Assembly (NCBI GenBank): GCA_051294375.1
Contig: CM119266.1
Location: 18,284,087 to 18,348,086 of the forward strand
DNA length: 64,000 nucleotides
Reading direction: 5' to 3'
Source of the DNA: Paraspadella gotoi
Lineage: Eukaryota; Animalia; Chaetognatha
Every line of letters starts with the position of its first letter. The stretch's first letter is position 1. This document shows, piece by piece, positions 1-9,500 of the stretch. Below the pieces are notes generated by a model. The model saw nothing but the letters and a program-made list of their open reading frames with translations, was not told the DNA's origin and searched no databases. The translations under genes were made by a program, and so were the position numbers.

Positions 1-2131
1 TTCGTCCCCACTCCGAATGAATTTTTAAACGTAGTTTTTTCGCTATTTGATGACATAACACTATATCTTTGGTATTACTAGTTTTTCAATTTACACAATC
101 TTACTTCAATACGTTAAGCGTGTCAAAAAAATAGGGTAAATAAAAGAGTAAACCGTTCCTAAATCGGATGGAGGAATCTAATTTAGGAAAATTATATATA
201 TATATTATATAATATTATATATAATATTTCTATACAATATGTTTATATTTGTTTTATTTATTTTTTTTTATTTATTTATATTTTTATTATATTATATATA
301 TATATATATAAATTATTTTATTCAGATTTATATATTAGTTTATATGTCTATTTATTGTTATATTTTGTATATCTATCTTTATATATATATATATCTATAT
401 ATATATAGAATTATTATTGTAAATTTTTTATAAATATATTATATATAATATTATTTTATTCATTAAAAATTGTCTGGATATTTAGATTGATATTTTAAAG
501 CATCCAACTAATATTATTATCTGTTTATTTATTTGAGATTTAATTTAATTAAACATCAAATATTTTTTTTTTATAATTTAAAAATAAAGTAATAATTTGT
601 TTTATTTTTATTATATTTTTATATATTTTATTTTAAACATTTGTTTAAAGGCCTTTATAAGTATGATCTGTATTTTTGTATCTTTATTTTAAAAAAAAAT
701 ATTCTATTGAATAGTACTTAATTGGATTAATCTTTGTTTTGAAAAAAAAAATTTAATTTTTTACGTATAATCTAATGAAAAATTGTAAAAAGTTGGGAGA
801 GGTCTCAAATTAAACTATATGTTTTTGTAGATTAATGATATGATATATAAACATGTCATAATTGTAAGCACACAGACAAAATTTATTAAAGAATATTTTT
901 CCAATTTTTTTCAAGATTAACAATTCCATAAGCTCCTGAAACAAAATTAAAAAACTAATACCTATTTAAACGCCAATAGGAAAGCCCAAGGTTTACTCAG
1001 GATTAGTCTGTTTTATACTTAATTTTAACATATTTAAAGTTAATAAAGGGAAAATAAAAAAATGTGACTTTAAAATGCCGAGAATTCGTTTTTTAAACAT
1101 CAAATAATTGGAAAAGTCATTTTTTTGATTTTTTAAAAAATAAAGTATGTAAGAAGTTTTTTCCGCTTCTTTAAATTGACAACAGGTAATTTGAGATTCT
1201 GACTGATATTTTTATAAGAATATCTATCATTTTTTAATTGGAAAAACCGTTTTTTTGCAAATTTTAAGAGAGTTGCAAAAGCACTGTATGATCGACTTTT
1301 TCAAAAACAAAGATAAGAAAAAAAATTAGTAGCTTATAGGGATAATTTGTACTATAGTGCTAAATTCTGAGTAAAAAACTTTATAAAATTTGCTAAAGCC
1401 TAATGGACATAATGTTTAATGTTTCCGAGAACAAGTCACTCAGCCGAAAAAAAAAAATACGGAAGAAAAAAACAAAGCGCTTTGGCACGGAAAAGAATCT
1501 TCGTTATGAGAACGGCGATTTCCTCTTCCTTCTTCCTTTCATCGTGTCTTTTTTCTTTCCTTTCAACGTGAGTTTCTTTTTTCGTCGGAATTGTGAACTG
1601 TGAACACGTCACGTGAATTAAAAACGAAAAAAACAAACAATAAATAATTATTTCTTATTCAACTTCCATACGACCAACGTTTGATTTTAAGACCATCTTT
1701 TCCTTATATTATCGTAATTGAAACAAAGCGAAAATTCAAATTTCACTGCTTTCCATTTTTGTACTCCTCTTCTTAACATCGTTTTCCTCTTCCAAACCCT
1801 TTTTGCAACTCGCTCGAACTGTTAACATTTTTTTCTCCTTCCCCACTCCTTGTGTGTCTTCATCTATTTTAATAATGATTTCCTGTTGTTTTTTCTTCTC
1901 GTTTTTTGTTCTCAGTCGCGTCGCCATCATCTATATCCATACTATCTTTCTTTCAATTTTCTTGGCCCTGTCCCCTAGGCCGTCTTCATTGCCCTCGTTC
2001 AGTTTTGTTTTGTTTTTTTTTCTTCGGGGGAGTGCGGTTTTTTCCGGAGGCCGCTGCGAAATGAATGGAAAACGACCACGTACCTGCTCTGGCATTATAT
2101 TTTAACTTGCTTTCGGCAAGTCATTGTAAAG

Positions 2132-2677
2132 TCCAAAAGAGTTTATAGTTAGGAAAAAAGCGATCATAAAGCTTTGCCAAGTCGATGAAAATTGTGAATA
2201 ATGAAAGAAGGCTAAACAAATGTTCCGCAGTATTAACCACGCCTTAAAATACAATCAACTCCTACGCCTAATCTAATCGAGCTAGGGTCTTTGCTCCTAC
2301 TCAAGCCTAGCCCAACCTGCCAATCTCCTAACATTGCTTCAAACTCACCGCTCCATCTTCCGTGCTTCAAACCCCCCACTCTCTTCTACCCACCTGTCCT
2401 CTCCCAACAGCCCCCCGCCCACACCCCAACCAAGAAGGCCTATAATTCCCCTTCCAATCTCGCGGAGGCGTTCCGTCGAAGGAGTCGTCGACGCGAGGCG
2501 AACTTGAGGGTGTTGGCGCGGATGCTGCGACGAAAACTTGGCTTTGGCCTTCAAAACTGATGTAGACCTTTGGCGTAAGACGACGAGGAGTAGTAACGAG
2601 AGGACGTAGAAGGACCCGAGGCCGAGTAGATCACGTAGCCGAGGGAAGGAATGATTGAAAAAGAAATACGGGAAACT
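2132..2677 (-). CDS. Possible small spliced host gene (hydrophobic segment plus amphipathic C-terminus), function unknown
   Basis: GC-richer block ~2677-2432 reads FPYFFFNHSFPRLRDLLGLGSFYVLSLLLLVVLRQRST...ERLREIGRGIIGLL. It can be spliced (G|GTTGGG to TTTTAAG|GC) to ~2242-2132 GVVNTAEHLFSLLSLFTIFIDLAKLYDRFFPNYKLFWTLQ*. No start codon or homology was established. Confidence 0.25.
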
Positions 2678-3459
2678 GGGAAAATATTGTTTAAAAGGTC
2701 CAATTGAAATCTGTCATCGAAGGAAATGACTAAAAATATTCGGACTGTGCCGTGAGAGTAGAAAGGTGAAGCGCGCACTTCAAGGGCATCTAGTCAACTC
2801 TAATACTGTGTGTAATAGTGTAATAGTGTAATAGTGTAATAAGTGAAGATAATCTGTTGAGAAAAGGGAGCAGAGAGGGTGGGGAAATTTGGGTAATCAA
2901 AGGGAAAAACAATGTGACGTTTTGAGACAGAAGAAAATCAAAAATTAATTTTTAATCAATCAGAGATCAAAGAATCAGAACAAACATTTAATCAATCGGT
3001 AATCGTCAGTCAATCTGATAATTGAGTAACAACGCTAAATTACAAACGAAAGGGTTAAATCTACGTTCTAACCCGAAGGAAACGTAAAGGAAGGTCATCA
3101 CATAACAACGTAACATATTTATGTATAGAGCTAAAACATCAGAAATACATCGTAATGCAACCAGTAATCACCAAAAAAAAGATTTTATTTATATGTCAAA
3201 TTGTGTTTTAATATTTTTTTGGAAATCAGTTAACATACAAAATTGTTAAGTTAAATGGGTAAGCAATTTTTTAAAGATTTGTTTCAATCTGTTTGTTAAA
3301 AAATTCTAGGTAAGAATTAAAACACAGTATGGGTTAGTTTAGAAGGGGAGAATTTAACAATTAATCTCCGTTAATCTGTTGTTTTCCAGTCATCGAACAA
3401 AATCTTCAGTTAAATAGATGGTAAAGAATTCGAGCTACAATGAAAATCTACACTGAATT

Positions 3460-3733
3460 TGAAGAGTTGCAGCCTAAACGACTGCAATAAATAATTGAAT
3501 TAAATAATTTGATTAGCAATCTTAAAAACATTTGTAAAAATGTAATAGAGAGACCATTTTTGATAAACGTGTTCGCGGTTAGAAGAATTCAGGGTTTAAA
3601 GTTTAAAAAACGTTTCATTTTCAAGGATACAAGTTGAATTAAAAATGTCTCTCTATTACATTTTTCTAATTAGTATAAAAAATTCATAAAAATCATCAGA
3701 TGGATGGCTTTTCGTTGACCTGCAACTCTTCAG
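3460..3733. repeat. Degenerate inverted-repeat (MITE-like) remnant
   Basis: Nested inverted pairs: TGTAATAGAGAGACCATTTTT (3541) / AAAAATGTCTCTCTATTACA (3641-3660) and TGAAGAGTTGCAG (3460) / CTGCAACTCTTCA (~3720). Confidence 0.4.
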
Positions 3734-4554
3734 ATAGGTTTCTTTTATTTTATATTGATAATTAAACCGATTATAAAAATGGGGTAGAATGCATTCAAAT
3801 GTTTAAGTGAAATACATTTTCGGAATCGCAGGAGCTCAGCTTTCTGAATTGTACTCCATTTTGGCCCTAAATTTTGAAGTTGAATTGAATGACCCCTTTT
3901 CTTAACAATTATTTCAGTTCTCAACGGATCGTTGTGTCATAATCGGTCGTTTGTCAAACTCTCTAGATTCTGGAATGTTGTCATAACGCGAGTCATTTAT
4001 TATTCGCCGTCGTTTCGATCAAGCCTCATTTAGGGATCGAGGACGAGACGACGCAACGACAGACAACAACAACGATGACAGGCGGGAACAATACCGAAGA
4101 AAACGTTTCAGTGTAAAACAAGTTGAATGGCGGGAGGAAGCCGAGCGTAAACGCGTTGAAACGTGCAGGAAGATTTGTTTCCCTTGCCTTTCCAGCTGGA
4201 GATACACGATTTAAGAACTGCCAGCATTATTCATTTCATTTTTATATTATCGTATACTCGAGAATAGCATTGAGCTTTTCTAAAAAAAAGCCATTACTTT
4301 TAATTTAAAAAAGGTAAAGTAATTCCTCGATTTTCTCTTGGTTGCACAGTGCAAATTTCTCAGCCTGGTGAATCAGGTTTTATTTTTTCCCTTTTTTTTC
4401 TTTTTTAAGAATTTTTTTTCTTCGTTTTGTTTTGGTATGAATGTAACTGCGCAATAGACTGGTTTTTCTCTTTACGGTTTTTTTCGCGATTTTTTTTTAA
4501 AGAGAACTTCTCAATCGCCTATAGACCTAAAGGGATTTTCTTGTAATTGGTTAC

Positions 4555-4853
4555 CATCGCAGAGATTCAAACTCAAGAGAAACGCGGATCGGCGACGCGA
4601 GTAAGATCGAAGAAGTAAGAATGAACTCTCTCATTGCGCCAGGAACAAAGGCCACCAGCCAGTGACCAGATGGCTTCCTTCCCGCAGGAATTTTTACCCT
4701 TACTCCGATCCTGGAAGACGTAATAAATTGAACAAGAATTGTATTGATTCACTCTGCTGGAATTTGAACACGTCGTCTATAATTTGTTTATCTTACTGGA
4801 AAAATAAATTCATTCTGATTCATATCGAAATCCCTGTCTATCTTACTTAAATG
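4555..4853 (+). repeat. 5' LTR (~299 bp)
   Basis: CATCGCAGAG...TCTTACTTAAATG aligns end to end with 14469-14770, with many small indels. Contains AATAAA motifs. Confidence 0.9.
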
Positions 4854-4872
4854 TGGTGACAGGAGTGGATTC
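4854..4872 (+). promoter_or_regulatory. Primer-binding site, tRNA-Leu-like
   Basis: TGGTGACAGGAGTGGATTC directly abuts the LTR. It resembles the reverse complement of eukaryotic tRNA-Leu 3' ends (TGGTGTCAGGAGTGGGATTC). Confidence 0.8.
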
Positions 4873-4940
4873 AACTCACCACGTCTCCACCAAGAAGAAC
4901 CAAGCCTTACCTCACCGGAACCACGCCACCTTTCAAGAAG

Positions 4941-6167
4941 ATGGACATCCCCTCCGCTCCTACCGTCCCCCCAGCCAAGGCGGGATGGAAAAAGGGAGCT
5001 GCGGCGCCAACCACAAGCACCGCAACTGACGGTAGCAGTACTGCAGCAGACCTCGAGTTCCACACCTTCGAACTCAGTCATAGCCTGCAACAACACTGCC
5101 AAGCAGGCAACGAACACGCCGACGTCACCCTCGAGGTGTTAAAGGTCATCAATGACGTCAATCTACAGAACAGACAAGAAATTGCTGTTCTCAGGAGCCG
5201 CGTCAAAGACTGCGAAGCCAACCTCGGTTCAAAAATCGACGACCTTCGCGGGATGATGCAACAGATGATGGCCCAAGTCAGCGAAAGGAACAACAACCAA
5301 TCCAACGTCAGCGAAAGACTCATGACCCTCTCCCGAGCTCCGCCTCCTCCATCAGGGTTATACCCTGACCTCCGCGGAGCAGCTCGCCCGGACTCATCCC
5401 AAGGACAGTTCATCAGGCAGCCAATAGACAAACACTGCCAAAATCCCCGAGACGAGACGCCCTCCGAAAGCGGGAGAAGTGACCCACCATCCTACAGCCC
5501 ATCCGAACAACCCATCAAGCTCGAGAAGAGGAGATCCGACGAAACACCAGCAGATTTCCTCCGCAGCTTCTACGAAGCCTTCAAAGATTCACCAACCCCG
5601 GACAAGGTTGATCAACAGCTGCGTGCCCTACTGGCTAGAGACAAGGTTGCTAGCCGCTTCATCGAGCCCATAAGCCAATCAATGTGGCTAGGACTCAGGG
5701 CTTTCTGCGAAGGTTCCTCGGTAAGCATTGCCGAAGCCCTCGCAGAAGCAAAGATTGAAGTCGACCCCCACGTACACGCCAAGTATGGATTGGCACTCGT
5801 CAACGCCGCCAGGGAGAACTTCGAAGCCGTCAGAGAGAAAGATAAGGCCTCCATCCCCGACTATGTCGCCCAGATGTTGGTCGAAGCTCTCGAGCCCTAC
5901 GTCCCCGGCATAACATCGGAGACCCTGGAATGGACAACGATGCTTGAAAGAGGCGAAACACGTCGCCTCGGAAAAGCTATAGAATACAAGCTAAGGGGAT
6001 ACCTCAAAAAGACAACTGACAACACCGTCAGGAAAGTTGTCAAAACCGTGTCAGAGGAGGACAAAGAAAAACTCGTCAACGCCCTGGTACAGAAAGGTCA
6101 GACCGACAAGGACCCACGCACGCCAGCGCGACTTCCTTCTACCAAGGCTCCATGTTACAGGAAATGA
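4941..6167 (+). CDS. gag: Gag-like protein (408 aa as assembled; probably extends further)
   Basis: First long ORF after the PBS, with an N-terminal coiled coil, a Pro-rich PPPPSGLYPDL segment and a helical capsid-like region. No CCHC knuckle seen. 6168-6540 still looks coding (basic/acidic peptides) but is frameshifted. Confidence 0.75.
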   Translation: MDIPSAPTVPPAKAGWKKGAAAPTTSTATDGSSTAADLEFHTFELSHSLQQHCQAGNEHADVTLEVLKVINDVNLQNRQEIAVLRSRVKDCEANLGSKIDDLRGMMQQMMAQVSERNNNQSNVSERLMTLSRAPPPPSGLYPDLRGAARPDSSQGQFIRQPIDKHCQNPRDETPSESGRSDPPSYSPSEQPIKLEKRRSDETPADFLRSFYEAFKDSPTPDKVDQQLRALLARDKVASRFIEPISQSMWLGLRAFCEGSSVSIAEALAEAKIEVDPHVHAKYGLALVNAARENFEAVREKDKASIPDYVAQMLVEALEPYVPGITSETLEWTTMLERGETRRLGKAIEYKLRGYLKKTTDNTVRKVVKTVSEEDKEKLVNALVQKGQTDKDPRTPARLPSTKAPCYRK

Positions 6168-6540
6168 ATAACATGAGCAAAAATGAGAGGATCTCAAACG
6201 AGAACTAGGGAGGTCCGGAGGCCAATCAGGACGCCGCGAGGATCGTTATGAACGCCGGGAACAACGCAGCCCAAACAGGGATCATGACAAAAAAATATAC
6301 AAAAATCGCGACTGGAAAAAACCAAGCTGGCGGGATGAAAAGAAAGGAAAAAAGGCCAAAACTTCGGCAGGAGAAGAGATATTGTAGACTTAACTCGTGA
6401 ATTTGATAATGACTCTGCTTCTGATATTGATGAAAATAAAAACGAATACTATTACAACCGCGTTATGAATAAAAAAAAAATAAATAGAAAAGGAAAGACA
6501 GCAGCTAAAAGAGCATTACAAAAACCTCGGGGAGAAAGTC

Positions 6541-9500
6541 ATGGCTATCGACACCCGACCCGTAGAAGGAAACCTTCGAGAAAAGGTGAAAGAACTGGCT
6601 CAAACTGCAAATAAGCTCAGAGGAAAATCTACAGCATCACGTATGCACAAGTTGCTCAAACCTCTCAATGCCAGCGAAATCGCCCTCGCAAACAAATATC
6701 TCCACAAGATGGGATGGAAGGACTGGAGCCTTGTAGATACTGCAGGCAAAAAGGCCATTATATCTAGGTCAAAGGCTTGCGCCAAATTAATGAGAAGGGC
6801 GAGGCGAAATGACGATACCGCCCCCTCTCCTCNNNNNNNNNNTCCTCCACCCTCTCTTCCTCCTTCTCCTCACCCAACCGAAGATTTTAACGCCGATACC
6901 GCCCTCCCCGCCGCTTATCCTCACCCACAACACAAAAAAAATAGACCTAACCCAACGAAACGCGGAGAAAGGTTAGGGCTAAGAAAACTGCGACCAGCTG
7001 GCAGTAAAAACAATCCGACTTACCGCATAATAGCGGGAGAGCAAAATGGAGAGTCTCTTCATCAGGCGACAATCAGGCGAGTTGAACTCGAATGTCACCA
7101 ACCGGAAAACTTCCCACCCCCGCGAAAGAAGCCGGAAACTCACAAAGATGAGAAAGACATGCCGGGACTNNNNNNNNNNCAAGGGACCACAGGACCGGAA
7201 CCCAGGGACGACACGGGTATCAACCGCCTCACTGGGAAGAATAGCTATATCCCAGCAGTAATCGCAGGAGCGCCTGCCAGCTGCCTGTATGACACAGGCG
7301 CGTCGATCAACACTGTGCCACGAAAGTTCGTGGAAAAATGGGGATTATCAAATAGCATTTACCATGGAACCCCGTTACGATTGTCTACCGCTACTGGAAC
7401 AATTACATTAACTGAGAGAATCAACCTCAGAATAATGTTCCAAAAATGGGTTCTACACACTGTCTTCTATGTCTCTGCCGATGAAAACGACCAGGACATA
7501 ATCATCGGCACTGCTATCACCAACCCAGGACCTCCCAACCAGCTTTGGGTAGTCCAACCTTCGGACAAAAGGGAAAACCTACAAGTAGCTTCGATGGACA
7601 GTAAACCCATTACACACTTATTTGGAGATAAGCATGAAGCCCTCAAAGCAGCCAGATGGCTCGCTCGGGGAAATGTTGACGAGCACACTGTCTTACCTAT
7701 ACACTCCGAAAGAGGCGAAGATGGCAAAACTAGAATAACATCAAACAGGGCCTACTGGAAGACCCTGACCGGATCAAGATGGATCGTTGAGGCAAAGAAC
7801 GATGACAAGAGTTACATTGCAGATGGAGACCAACTCAAAGAGGGAGTGGAATTGGATGCTGAACCCGGATATTGGGGAACAGCGCGACCTCTTATAACAA
7901 ATGAAGCCAAGGTCGATCTGCACCTCGAGACCGAGGCCACGGCCGAACCAGTACAGGCCGACTTGTCTGGTGAAAGACCTCTGCTCAGGAAGGTCCGAAA
8001 GGACCACATCCCAGCCACTACAATCGTCCATCACAAGCCAAGTGCGGAGGAGTTGAAAGCAGTGGAGGAAGCACGCCAAAAAAGAAAGCAGAAGCACGAC
8101 GAACGAGGAAAAGAAGCATTCCTAAAGCCGTTCAAGGATGTCGACCCCAGTCTCAAGGACCAAGCACAACAAGTTTGGGAAATCGTCTGGGAATATCGAG
8201 ACGTCTTCGGAGAATCCATCAACGACTGCAAGGAGGGTTTCCTCAACTACAAAGTCGATCTTGGATACACAAACGAGGATCTCCCAAAACCAAAATTTGC
8301 AAACCAAGGACCAGTAAAAAAGGCGGCTCTCAAACGATACCTAGAGGTGNNNNNNNNNNCAGGCATTGTATCACGAACGAGAAATGAGGCATATTCAAAC
8401 GCTTTTCTCATAAAGAAACCTGGACACATCGCTGAAGGGCAAGACCAAATGAACGACGAAACTTTTGCGAAACAATGGCGACTAATATGCGACCTCTCAG
8501 CCGTCAACGATAACATCTCCACCTACGCGACGGAACCACAAACGATAGCTTCGATACTCGAACAATATAAACCACACGAACTCCAGTGCTCAGTAGACAT
8601 CTTAGCTTGCTTTCATCAGGTCAATCTTACAGACCGTTGCAAACCGGTCACAACCTTTGCCGGAGCTGGNNNNNNNNNNTGGATGAATAAGCTGCCAATG
8701 GGGGGAGTCAACAGCGTCAACGTCCTCCAAGCCATCCTGGACGAAATCTTCCAAGATCTAGGCACGGATGTAAAAAGCTTTCTAGTCTATGTTGACGACC
8801 TCATCCTCACAGCAAAATCGCCAGAGGATATGGCCCACAGACTCCGCGATCTCTTACAGAGATGCAGAGATGAGAACGTGGTTCTCAAATGGACAAAAAG
8901 TGTCCTCTTACGCAAGGAAGACATCAAAATCCTTGGCTTCAGTATCTCCAAAAGCAAGCTCATGCCACAAAGGGAGAAACTCGACGCAGTCGAAGTTAAG
9001 CTGAAGTCACTAAAGACGCAAAAAGAGCTAAGAGCAATGCTAGCATCATTAAATTACTACAGATGCTTTACCCATCGCTTCTCTTATATCGCCCAACCCC
9101 TCCATGCCCTCACCTTGCTGGACAAAAAGGACTTTAAACTAACAGACAAACACACAGAAATGCTGCAACTACTCATAGAGGAAATAAGATCATCCCCTGG
9201 CTTAAACTTCTTGAACGACGCAAGGATCAGGCAGGGCTCCTACAGGATTTATGCTGACGCCAGCACAAGCGCGATGGGTGGACTAATAACTGCAACTGCA
9301 GACGGCATCGAATATCCGTTATCATTCCACTCAAAATCGTTTCCTGATGAATACAGGATAAAGCACATCAACGTTCTGGAGACGCTCGCTTTCAACATGA
9401 TGGTCCGAAAATTCAAGGGCTATACCTGTGGACGAAATGTCACCTTGGTCACAGACTCGCAGTACTTTAAGAGAGTGATGGACCTCCAACACGACAGGCA

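Noticed and set aside
190-660. ORF 239-433
   Set aside because: Extremely AT-rich (TA)n low-complexity sequence.
7520-7960. dUTPase between protease and RT
   Set aside because: The spacer is long and beta-like, but none of the five dUTPase motifs is recognisable.
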